Shown here: positions 1 to 8,165 of the stretch, in pieces
How positions within the stretch are numbered: the first letter of the stretch is position 1
How the letters are laid out: each line of letters starts with the position of its first letter
From: Acidobacteriota bacterium
GTDB taxonomy: Bacteria > Acidobacteriota > Blastocatellia > Pyrinomonadales > Pyrinomonadaceae
NCBI GenBank assembly: GCA_046730815.1
Contig: JBKPJS010000581.1
Span: 1 to 29,847 of the forward strand
Length of the DNA stretch: 29,847 nt
Direction: 5' to 3'
Notes under the pieces: model-generated
The model's input: only the letters and a program-made list of their open reading frames with translations
The model's database searches: none
Told to the model about the DNA's origin: nothing
Translations under genes and position numbers: made by a program

Positions 1-719
1 ACGACAACGTCCACACCTTTCCGATCGGTCAATCGTTTCACTTCTTTGGGCCAATCGTCCCGGGTGTAGTTGATTGTCTCGTCCGCGCCCAGCTCACGCG
101 CCTTTGCGAGTTTCTCATCTGAGCTCGCGGTGGTTATCACCCGTGCCCCGCGCAATTTCGCGATCTGGATCGCAATCGAACCCACGCCGCTCCCTGCCGC
201 ATGCACGAGCACGTCTTCCCCTGGTTGCACGTTGGCGCGCGTAACCAGCATGTGCCACGCGGTTACAGTAACCAACGGCAAAGCCGCGGCTTCTTCCCAG
301 CTCAATTCAGCCGGCTTTGGAATAATGTTGACAGCGGGAACAGCCACCAGCTCCGCGTAGCCACCGTTTCGACGATACCCAACAATGTCGTACTCACGAC
401 ACAGATTGTCCCGCCCACTCAGACATGCCTCGCAATGTCCACACGAAACGCCCGGTTGGACCATCACTTGATCACCCGCCTGGACCCACGTGACAAGCTC
501 ACCAATCTCTCGCACGATCCCTGCGACGTCGCTGCCCAAAATGTGCGGCAGCGGAATCTCAATACCCGGCATTCCGTTGCGAACAAAGATGTCGAGGTGA
601 TTCAGTGCACACGCCTTTACTTCCACCAGCACTTCATTCGCATGGATCTCCGGCTCGGGTACATCCGCGTACTCGAGCACTTCCGGCCCACCATGCTGTC
701 TGAAGATTGCGGCTTTCAT
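1..719 (-). CDS. Zinc-binding MDR-family oxidoreductase (quinone reductase/alcohol dehydrogenase-like), 3' end runs off the window
   Basis: Not in the ORF track; manual translation from ATG at 719 gives [23 protein letters not shown]...ALNHLD...[10 protein letters not shown]...[15 protein letters not shown]...[16 protein letters not shown]. Structural-Zn Cys cluster and Rossmann Gly motif present; the usual catalytic-Zn C/GHE motifs are replaced by N/GSD. ATG overlaps the lipA TGA (ATGA). Confidence 0.9.
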   Translation of the reverse strand, partial: MKAAIFRQHGGPEVLEYADVPEPEIHANEVLVEVKACALNHLDIFVRNGMPGIEIPLPHILGSDVAGIVREIGELVTWVQAGDQVMVQPGVSCGHCEACLSGRDNLCREYDIVGYRRNGGYAELVAVPAVNIIPKPAELSWEEAAALPLVTVTAWHMLVTRANVQPGEDVLVHAAGSGVGSIAIQIAKLRGARVITTASSDEKLAKARELGADETINYTRDDWPKEVKRLTDRKGVDVV

Positions 720-1618
720 TTTGCGGCTTGTTCGCGCGCGTGGTAAGACGAGCGCGTGAGCGGGCTCGATTCGACGTGATGAAAACCAAGGCTCATCCCA
801 ATCTCACGCCACTTCGCAAACTCTTCCGGCGTGACGTAGCGTTCGACTGGTAAACGCCGCGCGTGCGGTTGGAGATACTGGCCAATCGTCATAATGTCGC
901 AGGAGACCGCGCGTAAGTCGTGCATGAGGCCAACGACTTCATCAAACGTCTCTCCAAGGCCCACCATGATTCCGCTCTTGGTCAACATGCCGCGACCTTC
1001 TCGATCGCGCCTCGCCGCGGCACGTTGCAGCAGCGTCAAGGATTGCTGATAAACCGCGTCGGGCCTGACGCGCCGGTACAGCCGCGCGATGGTTTCGGTG
1101 TTGTGATTGAGCACGTCGGGTTGCGCGTCGAGCACCGTATTGAGCGCGGCTTCGTCTCCATTAAAGTCAGGGATTAGAACTTCAATCCGGCACTCGGGAT
1201 TCAAAGCGCGCACCTGTCGAATCGTTTCGGCCCAATGCGCGGCGCCGCCGTCTGGTAGATCGTCGCGGTTTACTGACGTAATTACAGCGTGCGCGAGGTT
1301 CAAGTGACCCACTGCTTCCGCTACGTGACGCGGCTCTTCAGGATCCAGTTGGCCGGGCTGCCCTTTGCCCACGGCGCAAAAGCCGCAATGTCGCGTGCAG
1401 ATATCGCCGCCGAGCATGAAAGTGGCCGTGCGATCGGACCAACATTCAAAGATGTTTGGGCATCGTGCTTCCTGACAGACCGTGTGCAGGTTCAGTCCTT
1501 CAATCAACTGCAAGACGTTGTTTTGATTGGTCGGATCGCCCAGCCGGATGCGAAGCCATTCGGGCTTGGGCTGGCGGACCTTTTGGTTGTTGCTGATTAC
1601 ACGAAGTTCGCGGGCCAA
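716..1618 (-). CDS. lipA: Lipoyl synthase (radical SAM)
   Basis: [12 protein letters not shown] (CX4CX5C auxiliary cluster), CTRHCGFC (CX3CX2C), C-terminal RSSY. TTG start preceded by GAGGT with 6-nt spacing. Confidence 0.97.
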   Translation of the reverse strand: MARELRVISNNQKVRQPKPEWLRIRLGDPTNQNNVLQLIEGLNLHTVCQEARCPNIFECWSDRTATFMLGGDICTRHCGFCAVGKGQPGQLDPEEPRHVAEAVGHLNLAHAVITSVNRDDLPDGGAAHWAETIRQVRALNPECRIEVLIPDFNGDEAALNTVLDAQPDVLNHNTETIARLYRRVRPDAVYQQSLTLLQRAAARRDREGRGMLTKSGIMVGLGETFDEVVGLMHDLRAVSCDIMTIGQYLQPHARRLPVERYVTPEEFAKWREIGMSLGFHHVESSPLTRSSYHAREQAAK

Positions 1619-1636
1619 TTGATTACCTCTGGAAGG

Positions 1637-1642
1637 ATTCTA
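1637..1642 (-). promoter_or_regulatory. Possible -10 hexamer (TAGAAT) for lipA
   Basis: TAGAAT 18 nt upstream of the lipA TTG; no convincing -35. Confidence 0.35.
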
Positions 1643-1661
1643 CACGAAGATGGTTTGCTAA

Positions 1662-1721
1662 GCCGCAGATGAACGCGGATGAACGTAGATTCATCTGCGT
1701 TCATCCGCGTTCATCTGCGGC
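1662..1721. repeat. Palindromic tandem-unit element, family A (CAGATGAACG-type unit)
   Basis: gccgcagatgaacgcggatgaacgtagat-tc-atctgcgttcatccgcgttcatctgcggc; 29-nt arms, 28/29 complementary; overlaps the stop of the PLP enzyme gene. Confidence 0.9.
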
Positions 1722-2666
1722 CAAAAGTTCTCGTAGCGAGTCAGGATCGATGTTGCCGCCGGACAGGACTACGCCAACACGGTTTACATCTGGGGGCAGC
1801 TTCTTAAACATCACGGCCGCCGCTGCGGTCGCGCCGGAGGTCTCGACCAGCAACTTCATGCGAAAGAGCAGGAAACGTAATGTCGCGACGATCTCTTCGT
1901 CGGACACTGTCAACACGTCCTCCGCCAGTCGCTGCACGATGGGAAAAGTGAGTTTGCCCGGTATTTGAACGCGCAGCCCGTCCGCGATAGTGGGCGGCGG
2001 TGGGATCGAAACGCGTTCGCCTTTCAAGAGCGATTGGCGCGTATCGTCGGCAGTAGCCGGCTCGACGGGAAAACATCGAATCTTCAAGTTCAAGGCTTTA
2101 GCCGCAGTGGCAACACCCGCAAACAACCCACCGCCACTGCAGGGCGCGAGCACACAGTCGAGGTCCGGCACTTCCTCAAGCAACTCGAGACCGCAGGTTC
2201 CCTGGCCCGCAAGTACGAAATAGTCATCGTAAGGCGGGACCATCACCAACCGTTCGCGCTCGGCGAGGTCTAGCGCAAACGCTTCGCGATCTTGTTTGTG
2301 GCGATCGTAAAAGACGATGTCGGCACCGTAGCCACGCGTCGCGGCAACCTTCGCCGCCGGCGCGTCTTCAGGCATTGCGACTAAAACTCGAACGCCCGCT
2401 TCGCGTCCGGCAAGCGCGACAGCTTGCGCGTGATTGCCCGATGAAAAAGCGACGATGCCTTGGTGCTTTTCCGCTGTCGTTAGCGACTGGATTTTATTGG
2501 TGGCGCCGCGAATCTTGAACGCGCCGGCGCGTTGGAAGTTTTCGCACTTGAAGAAGACTTCCTTTCCGGCCGCCTCGTTGAACTGCCGAGAAGTTAGAAC
2601 TGGCGTGCGATGAATGCGCGAACCGATTCGTTCACGCGCTTCCTGGATCATGTCGATGTTAAGCAT
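1701..2666 (-). CDS. PLP-dependent serine/threonine dehydratase or racemase (fold type II, no ACT domain)
   Basis: AGAFKIRGA (PLP lysine), FSSGNHAQ, APCSGGGL, LSGGNID. Start moved to ATG 2666 (MLNIDMIQ), directly after the lipB stop at 2668. Confidence 0.92.
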   Translation of the reverse strand: MLNIDMIQEARERIGSRIHRTPVLTSRQFNEAAGKEVFFKCENFQRAGAFKIRGATNKIQSLTTAEKHQGIVAFSSGNHAQAVALAGREAGVRVLVAMPEDAPAAKVAATRGYGADIVFYDRHKQDREAFALDLAERERLVMVPPYDDYFVLAGQGTCGLELLEEVPDLDCVLAPCSGGGLFAGVATAAKALNLKIRCFPVEPATADDTRQSLLKGERVSIPPPPTIADGLRVQIPGKLTFPIVQRLAEDVLTVSDEEIVATLRFLLFRMKLLVETSGATAAAAVMFKKLPPDVNRVGVVLSGGNIDPDSLRELLAADERG

Positions 2667-2667
2667 A

Positions 2668-3339
2668 TTAGCCACAGATGAACGCCGATAAAGACTGATA
2701 AGAAAAAACTTCGGAGAAGTGGTCCACGATGCGATCTTCGACCGCACTCAATTTAGTCTCGTGGCCCAGCAACTCCTCCATTGAAGTCACCGGCTCGCCT
2801 TCACAGGCGATTATGAGATCGAAGTAGCTGAGATCTGTGTTTACGTTCAAAGCAAAGCCGTGAGTTGTAACCCAGCGCGCGATGTGCACGCCAATCGCCG
2901 CGACTTTGCCGCGTTGGGTATGAACGCCGGTCAAGCCTTCGATGCGAAAGGCTTCGATATCAAAATCCGACATTGTGCGAATCAAAACTTCTTCCAGATC
3001 GCGCACGTAGCGGTGGACGTCTTCGCGATCGGGGCTGAGGTTGATGATCGGATAGCCGACCACCTGGCCCAGGCCGTGATAGGTCACTTTTCCACCGCGG
3101 TTTGTTTCAAATAGGGTGACGTTCCTCTTTTGCAGTCCCTCTGTGTCGAGCAGGACTGCTGAGCTGTCGCCGCGACGTCCGATGGTTAGCGTGTGGGGGT
3201 GTTCGAGCAGCAGAAGTGTATCGGGCTGAGTGCCGGCCTTTACGGCCGCTTCGGTATGTTTCTGGATCGCAAGCGCTGATTCATAATCGACCAGCCCTAA
3301 TTGTTGGACCAACAGCTTCCTTGCGTTCATTGACATCAT
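2668..3339 (-). CDS. lipB: Octanoyl/lipoyl transferase
   Basis: LEHPHTLTIGRR, RGGKVTYHGLGQVVGYPI, KVAAIGVH, HGFALNV, IIAC motifs. Start could be ATG 3339, 3336 or 3330. Confidence 0.95.
   Translation of the reverse strand: MMSMNARKLLVQQLGLVDYESALAIQKHTEAAVKAGTQPDTLLLLEHPHTLTIGRRGDSSAVLLDTEGLQKRNVTLFETNRGGKVTYHGLGQVVGYPIINLSPDREDVHRYVRDLEEVLIRTMSDFDIEAFRIEGLTGVHTQRGKVAAIGVHIARWVTTHGFALNVNTDLSYFDLIIACEGEPVTSMEELLGHETKLSAVEDRIVDHFSEVFSYQSLSAFICG
2671..2699. repeat. Single arm (half element) of family A
   Basis: gccacagatgaacgccgataaagactgat; lies inside the last codons of lipB. Confidence 0.7.
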
Positions 3340-3366
3340 GCAACCAGATCGCGGGCTTTCGGCGTC

Positions 3367-3375
3367 ATTCTAACA
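3367..3375 (-). promoter_or_regulatory. Extended -10 promoter for lipB operon (TGtTAGAAT)
   Basis: Plus-strand attctaaca = TG-T-TAGAAT on the minus strand, about 28 nt upstream of lipB. Confidence 0.55.
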
Positions 3376-3389
3376 GCCGCGTTGGTCTC

Positions 3390-3398
3390 TGGTACAAT
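3390..3398 (+). promoter_or_regulatory. Extended -10 promoter for the secreted hypothetical protein (TGgTACAAT)
   Basis: TG-G-TACAAT about 57 nt upstream of the proposed TTG start. Confidence 0.55.
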
Positions 3399-3455
3399 TA
3401 CCCGCCTCAAAAGAGGGACGCAATTGGAATTGAAAACATGAAGAGGAGAAACAAC

Positions 3456-3974
3456 TTGAAACCCATCGCAACCGTTTTACTGACAGTAATTCTTTTCGCT
3501 CCCTCTACAGCGCTCTCGCAAACACGGGGCCGGTCAACCAGGCCGAAACCGGCCGCTGCGAAAACACCACCTGTATCTCAGGTGCGGACCACGGGCGCCA
3601 CGCGAGTCGCTGAACAAATCAAGCTTTTGACCCAGTTTATTTACGTGCTTGGTAAAGTGACGAGTAGCATTGCGGCAGCCGACGAAGCTGCGCGTAGAAA
3701 TGAGGCATCACCCACCGTGCTGCAACAAACCCAGCAGAGCAAGACGCGGCTCAGAACCACCATTCAGGATGTTCGTGAGGGGCTCGATAAATTGGAGATC
3801 GATTTTCGCGCGACGCCTGAACTCCAGCCGTTCTACATCAAACTCGCCGGGGTAGCGGCGGGCGCCGCAACCGCTGAGGAGCAGGCAGCCGCTAATCAAT
3901 TCGACGCCGCTGGTCGAACACTGCTCAACGTGATCAATCGATTAGCAGATGTGCTGGTCGTGATGAGGCAATAG
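3456..3974 (+). CDS. Secreted hypothetical protein, predicted all-alpha
   Basis: GAGGAG (3443-3448) sits 7 nt before an in-frame TTG; N-terminus KPIATVLLTVILFAPSTALS-Q looks like a signal peptide, followed by a basic/Pro linker and amphipathic helices. ATG 3438 is the alternative start. Confidence 0.75.
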   Translation: MKPIATVLLTVILFAPSTALSQTRGRSTRPKPAAAKTPPVSQVRTTGATRVAEQIKLLTQFIYVLGKVTSSIAAADEAARRNEASPTVLQQTQQSKTRLRTTIQDVREGLDKLEIDFRATPELQPFYIKLAGVAAGAATAEEQAAANQFDAAGRTLLNVINRLADVLVVMRQ

Positions 3975-3978
3975 AGAG

Positions 3979-4029
3979 CATTGCCAATTGTCCATTTCCA
4001 ATTGCCAATTTAATCGGCAATCGGCAATG
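3979..4029. repeat. Palindromic tandem-unit element, family E (ATTGCC(A/G) 7-mer)
   Basis: attgcca-attgtcc-atttcca-attgcca followed by inverted aatcggc-aatcggc-aatg, between convergent genes. Confidence 0.7.
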
Positions 4030-4036
4030 ATCAGTC

Positions 4037-5161
4037 TTACTGCTTCTTCGGATAGTAACCCTGGCGGGCGCGGACGCGCACGTCATTGCGCGCCGGAACA
4101 GCAACCTGAATTCGCCTGAACACAGCCGGAGGAGCGTCCGAATTGCCGTAGTATTGAAGCAGGTATTGCCCTCGCAACTCTGCCGCGACCTGTCGAAACA
4201 CCCGCTGGAGATCCTGATCGGAATCCGGAACGAACGCCGTGCCGCCCGTAGTCTCCGCGATCGCTTCCATACCGCTCTCAGCCCGCATCGCGATCTGATT
4301 CAACTTCACTGATGGACCACCCGGATTCACCGAATAGAAAATCACGTCCGCCTTCTGCACTTCCTTCTGAACTTCCTGGACCGCGCGCCGGTGACGTTCC
4401 TGCAAACCCGCCCGCGTGCTGGAAAACGTTTGCTGCCCATTTTGCGCCGCCCGCGCTTCTGCGATCGACAAGTCGCGAATCTGTGTGCTGAAGTTATCGT
4501 CACCATCCGATAGCACAACGATGACTCGCCGGTAATTGCTCGGGGCACTATCCGTCAAATACTTTGCCGCAGCTATTACAGTGTCGTAGAACGATGTCGG
4601 CACAGGACCGGTCGCCGCTGGAATCGTCAACATCTTTGCGGCTGACGTTTCGGCTGAGGCGAGCGGCTGGATCATTGTCGCTTTGTCAGTGATGGTAAAT
4701 ATGGCAGCCTTGTCAGCCGGCTTCATCACCAGCTTGAGAAACGTCGCAGCCGCGTTCTGCTGCGACGCAAAAAAGCCTTTTTGACTAGTGCTGCTCGAGA
4801 TGTCAAACAGCAACGCAATCGCCAAAGGCACTTGCTCGGGATCACCAATTCCGGAAATCTCCTGTTGCTTGCCTTCCTCCAACAGGCGGAAATCAGCAAC
4901 CTGAAGTCCCTGAACAGCCTGGCCCTGCTGATCAGTTACTGACACCGGCACCATCACCAGATTTGACGTGACCTTAACAACGTCGAGCACTTCCTGTTCA
5001 GGCGGCTTCGGCGTTGGCGTCGGTTTGGCTTTCCAAGGCGGAGGCGGGGCCGGCATCTCTTTGACTGTTTGCCCCTGCACAATCGGTGTAGACAGAAAAA
5101 TGGCCAGCACTCCAATCAGGAACGCCGGCCACAAAAGTTTTTTCTCAACCCCCAGAATCAT
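4037..5161 (-). CDS. Acidobacteria-type VWA domain protein, exported
   Basis: Signal peptide, Pro-rich linker, VMVPVSVTDQQG, F.L.EEGKQQEI, MIDAS LFDISSS ... T ... SDGDDN, ETTGG, LRGQYLLQY, VRVRARQGYY. Confidence 0.9.
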   Translation of the reverse strand: MILGVEKKLLWPAFLIGVLAIFLSTPIVQGQTVKEMPAPPPPWKAKPTPTPKPPEQEVLDVVKVTSNLVMVPVSVTDQQGQAVQGLQVADFRLLEEGKQQEISGIGDPEQVPLAIALLFDISSSTSQKGFFASQQNAAATFLKLVMKPADKAAIFTITDKATMIQPLASAETSAAKMLTIPAATGPVPTSFYDTVIAAAKYLTDSAPSNYRRVIVVLSDGDDNFSTQIRDLSIAEARAAQNGQQTFSSTRAGLQERHRRAVQEVQKEVQKADVIFYSVNPGGPSVKLNQIAMRAESGMEAIAETTGGTAFVPDSDQDLQRVFRQVAAELRGQYLLQYYGNSDAPPAVFRRIQVAVPARNDVRVRARQGYYPKKQ

Positions 5162-5163
5162 CT

Positions 5164-5262
5164 TGGCACCCTCGAGTCTGTCTCATGCCGCCAGATTTGC
5201 TGGCTGCATGTCAACCTATCCTACCGCGTTCTGACGGCATGATCCATGACTCTTTGGTGCCA
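5164..5262 (-). other. Long imperfect RNA hairpin in the OmpA-VWA intergenic region
   Basis: Nested stems UGGCACC/GGUGCCA, GAGUC/GACUC, UCAUGCCGUCAGA/UCUGGCGGCAUGA and inner GGUUG/CAGCC; both wobble pairs are G-U only on the minus strand. Confidence 0.6.
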
Positions 5263-5272
5263 CGTCACATTC

Positions 5273-5298
5273 GCGGAGTTGCACCAGCAGGACTCCGC
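5273..5298 (-). terminator. Hairpin after ompA-like gene (possible terminator or stabiliser)
   Basis: gcggagt/actccgc 7-bp stem with inner tgc/gca; no U-tract on the minus strand. Confidence 0.35.
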
Positions 5299-5305
5299 TG
5301 CTTGA

Positions 5306-6331
5306 TTAGTTGCCCGAACCCGAAGTTCCCGGGTTCATCGTCGGCGATGGAGAAGTCAGGCCCTTGTTCACAAGCAACTTGATCTCAACGCGTCGATTCT
5401 GCGCCCGGCCTTCCTTCGAAGTGTTCTCCGCAACGGGTTGCATTTCACCGTAGCCGTACGGCGTAACGATCCGCCGCAGTGGGATATTGTGACTCTCAAC
5501 CAGGTAACGAATTACCGCATCAGCACGACGCTGACTCAACGCACGATTAAGGTTGACGCTGCCGCGCGAATCCGCGAAACCTGAAACTTCGAGCACATAG
5601 CCCTTGGCGTTCAAAGCCTTGCTGGCAATGTCGTCAAGCGTTGTCTTCGACTCAGGTGAAAGCACTGCGCTGCCGGATTTGAAATTCACAGCGGCAGTGC
5701 TCTGCGGTGTGTAATCGTCGAGAGCAGAGATGCGCTCGTTAGTTGCGTTGACACCAGCGACAGCCGCATCCGCAGTTGCCTGCGCCGCTTTCGCGCCGCC
5801 TCGTGCTGCGTTGGAAACGGCAGCGAGCTCATCCAACTGACCTGATAGACGCTGCGCGTTGGCTTCAACCTGGGTGAGCTTGGTTTCAGTGTCGGTCGCT
5901 CTCTCTTCGAGCGGCGCCGCACGGGATTCAACCGCGCGTGCTACGCGCATATCTGCTTCGTTGAACCTGATCTTCTCTGCATCCAACTCACCTGAACCAT
6001 TACCACGCCCTTCAACCTCTACGTTCAAGCCGCGCAGAATGCTGGTCTGTGCGTAGTTCGTGCCGCCGCGCAGGAAACCACCTTTGGTCTTTACACTGGT
6101 CCTGTCGCTCAGGCGCACCACTGTGTCCACGCCATTCATGTCGCGGACGGTGAACGTATCTGAATCTCGCCGGGTGACCACACCCTTGAGCTTCATCTTC
6201 TGGCCGCTGGCGACGGTGCGCGAGCCGGCCGGGTTGGTTGTATCTTGGGCCAGGAGTGGGGAGGCTGAGAAGACTAACAGGCAGGTAGTAAGCACTGCCG
6301 GGGCAAACAATTTATGTTTAGTGAATACCAT
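5306..6331 (-). CDS. Exported OmpA/Pal-like peptidoglycan-binding protein with N-terminal DUF5666-like domain and coiled coil
   Basis: Signal peptide ending PLLA-Q; AVNFKSGSAVL, GFADSRGSVNLNRALSQRRADAV, RAQNRRVEI (OmpA_C); Ala-rich heptad segment; AAGGAG Shine-Dalgarno. Confidence 0.9.
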   Translation of the reverse strand: MVFTKHKLFAPAVLTTCLLVFSASPLLAQDTTNPAGSRTVASGQKMKLKGVVTRRDSDTFTVRDMNGVDTVVRLSDRTSVKTKGGFLRGGTNYAQTSILRGLNVEVEGRGNGSGELDAEKIRFNEADMRVARAVESRAAPLEERATDTETKLTQVEANAQRLSGQLDELAAVSNAARGGAKAAQATADAAVAGVNATNERISALDDYTPQSTAAVNFKSGSAVLSPESKTTLDDIASKALNAKGYVLEVSGFADSRGSVNLNRALSQRRADAVIRYLVESHNIPLRRIVTPYGYGEMQPVAENTSKEGRAQNRRVEIKLLVNKGLTSPSPTMNPGTSGSGN

Positions 6332-6583
6332 CGATTTATCTCCTTCAAACTGTTAATCAAGTTAACGCGCTCCTTGAACGCGCGTCTTCTTCAAGCTGAC
6401 AATGGCGAGTCCTCGCTCCTCGCCTCCCGCGAGTTAAATTTTGCGGATGACATCTCTTAGACCTTCGCCGAAGCTAAGTCAATAGCCTCCGCATTTCTTC
6501 ATCGAATCACCACTTTATCGCAATAAGCAGCCGGTTGCTTACGAAACTGCATTGACGATCTTCACAAGGATGACACGAAAGTC

Positions 6584-6649
6584 TCGCGCAAAGACGCAAA
6601 GACGGCAAAGAATTCATTGATCCTTTGCCGTCTTTGCGCCTTTACGTGA
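6584..6649. repeat. Palindromic tandem-unit element, family C (GCAAAGAC unit)
   Basis: tcgcgcaaagacgcaaagacggcaaag-12 nt-ctttgccgtctttgcgcctttacgtga, 6 nt downstream of the E2 stop. Confidence 0.85.
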
Positions 6650-6655
6650 ACTGTT

Positions 6656-8062
6656 TTAGACCGAGAAATCCCCCGCCTCCAGTTGTTCCTTAACGAATGC
6701 AAGGAACCGTTCAGCATCAGCGCCGTCAATGACTCGATGGTCGAAGCTGAGCGCGAAATAGGCCATCCAACGGATGCCGATAAAGTCGTCGCCGTCTTCA
6801 GTGGTCATAACCTTGGCCCGCTTCTCAATTTTTCCAACTCCGAGAATTGCGAGTTGCGGCTGATTGATAATCGGTGTACCGAATAGACCACCAAAGACGC
6901 CTGGATTCGTGATCGTGAACGTTCCTCCGGTGACTTCGTCAGGCTTAAGCTGTTTCGTTCGCGCGCGGTCGGCAAGATCGTTTGCAGCACGGGCCAGACC
7001 AGAGATACTCAAGTCGTCAGCGCGTTTGATGACCGGAACGATCAATCCCCAATCGAGCGCCACAGCCATTCCGAGATTGATGTCCTGCTTGTAGATGATC
7101 TGATCGCCGTTGACCTGCGCATTAAAGATGGGAAACTTTCGCAGCGCCTTGTTCACCGCTTCAAAAATAAAGGGCATGAACGTGAGCTTGGTGCCGGTAC
7201 GTTCGTAGAACGCATCGCGATGTTGATCGCGAAGCCTCGCGATGCGCGTCATATCGATCTCGTAGACCGTAGTGACGTGTGCCGAAGTACGCCGGGACAG
7301 GACCATGTGCTCGGCGATCTTCTTGCGCATCACACTCATCTGCTCGACGCGATCTCCGGCTTGTGGCTTCGGAGGCGACGGTGCAGCGACTTCCTGAACT
7401 CGAGACGCGACCGGCGCGGCGACTTCCGCTCTCGGCTGAGGCTGAGTCTGGGGCGGCGCTGCTGCAGTTCCTGACTCGATAAAACTCAGTATGTCGTTTT
7501 TGGTTACTCGACCACTTAAGCCCGTGCCTTCGAGTTTTGAAATATCGACTCCGTGCTCTTGCGCGATTTTCCGGACCAGCGGGCTCGACTTGGTGCGCCG
7601 AAGTTCGTCTGCACTCGCAACGCTTCCATCTTTGCCGGCCGCAGGCTCGGCGGGCGGAGCTGGTGGTGATGATGGTTTTACTTCGACTGGCGGAGGCGGC
7701 ACTGGCGTTGATGCTGGAGGTGGAGGCGCAGGAGTCGCTACTGGCTGCGGTGCTGGCGCTGCTGCGGTTGCCGCGGGTTTCTCCTCGAGGGGCTTTGCTG
7801 CAGGCGGTGCTGCCGCAGACGACTGATCGCCATCAAGCACGGCCACGACTGTATTGACTTCTACCGTGTCGCCCTCTTTGAACCGGACCTCTGTTAACGT
7901 TCCCGCGGCCGGCGAAGGAATCTCCGCATCGACCTTATCAGTCGAAATCTCAAAGAGCGGCTCATCACGCTCAACACGCTCGCCGACTTTCTTCAGCCAC
8001 TTTGTAATCGTTCCCTCCGCAATGGACTCACCCATTTGCGGCATCACCACTTCAGTGCTCAT
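6656..8062 (-). CDS. Dihydrolipoamide acyltransferase (E2) of a 2-oxoacid dehydrogenase
   Basis: One lipoyl domain (ISTDKVDAEIPSP), Pro/Ala linker, E3-binding domain (SSPLVRKIAQEHGVDISKLEGTGLSGRVTKNDI), catalytic FDHRVIDG. Acyl specificity not resolved, so no symbol. Confidence 0.96.
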   Translation of the reverse strand: MSTEVVMPQMGESIAEGTITKWLKKVGERVERDEPLFEISTDKVDAEIPSPAAGTLTEVRFKEGDTVEVNTVVAVLDGDQSSAAAPPAAKPLEEKPAATAAAPAPQPVATPAPPPPASTPVPPPPVEVKPSSPPAPPAEPAAGKDGSVASADELRRTKSSPLVRKIAQEHGVDISKLEGTGLSGRVTKNDILSFIESGTAAAPPQTQPQPRAEVAAPVASRVQEVAAPSPPKPQAGDRVEQMSVMRKKIAEHMVLSRRTSAHVTTVYEIDMTRIARLRDQHRDAFYERTGTKLTFMPFIFEAVNKALRKFPIFNAQVNGDQIIYKQDINLGMAVALDWGLIVPVIKRADDLSISGLARAANDLADRARTKQLKPDEVTGGTFTITNPGVFGGLFGTPIINQPQLAILGVGKIEKRAKVMTTEDGDDFIGIRWMAYFALSFDHRVIDGADAERFLAFVKEQLEAGDFSV

Positions 8063-8089
8063 CTGTTCTCCGTCTCAATCCAAAATCAG

Positions 8090-8157
8090 TTTTACAGGAT
8101 GTACATGATTAATAGGATTATCATGTAAATCAGGTCTAATCCTGTAATCCTGTAAAA
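8090..8157. repeat. Palindromic tandem-unit element, family D (ACAGGATT unit)
   Basis: ttttacaggat-gtacatgat-taataggat followed by atcatgta...atcctgta-atcctgtaaaa, between E1-beta and E2. Confidence 0.8.
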
Positions 8158-8165
8158 TGACTTCA

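Noticed and set aside
201-746. 181-aa plus-strand ORF and other long antisense ORFs (e.g. 1289-1672, 10986-11753, 13161-13715, 14301-14756)
   Set aside because: They are shadows of well-supported minus-strand genes, with no motifs or ribosome-binding sites.
1669-1968. Small ORFs starting or ending in repeats (1669-1968, 8075-8302, 19511-19738, 23790-23990, 29186-29548)
   Set aside because: They translate repeat arms (MNADE..., FICVH...) and overlap real genes; these are artefacts of ATG/TGA content in the repeat units.
6454-6482. TTGACT-N17-TAAGAG as a sigma70 promoter for the OmpA-domain gene
   Set aside because: The -10 hexamer lacks the conserved final T; too weak to list as a feature.
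6521-6535. Sigma54-like CGGC...TTGC upstream of the OmpA-domain gene
   Set aside because: Spacing is GG-N9-GC, and sigma54 requires N10.
7640-7830. Low-complexity Pro/Ala-rich stretch in E2
   Set aside because: Ordinary flexible linker of dihydrolipoamide acyltransferases.
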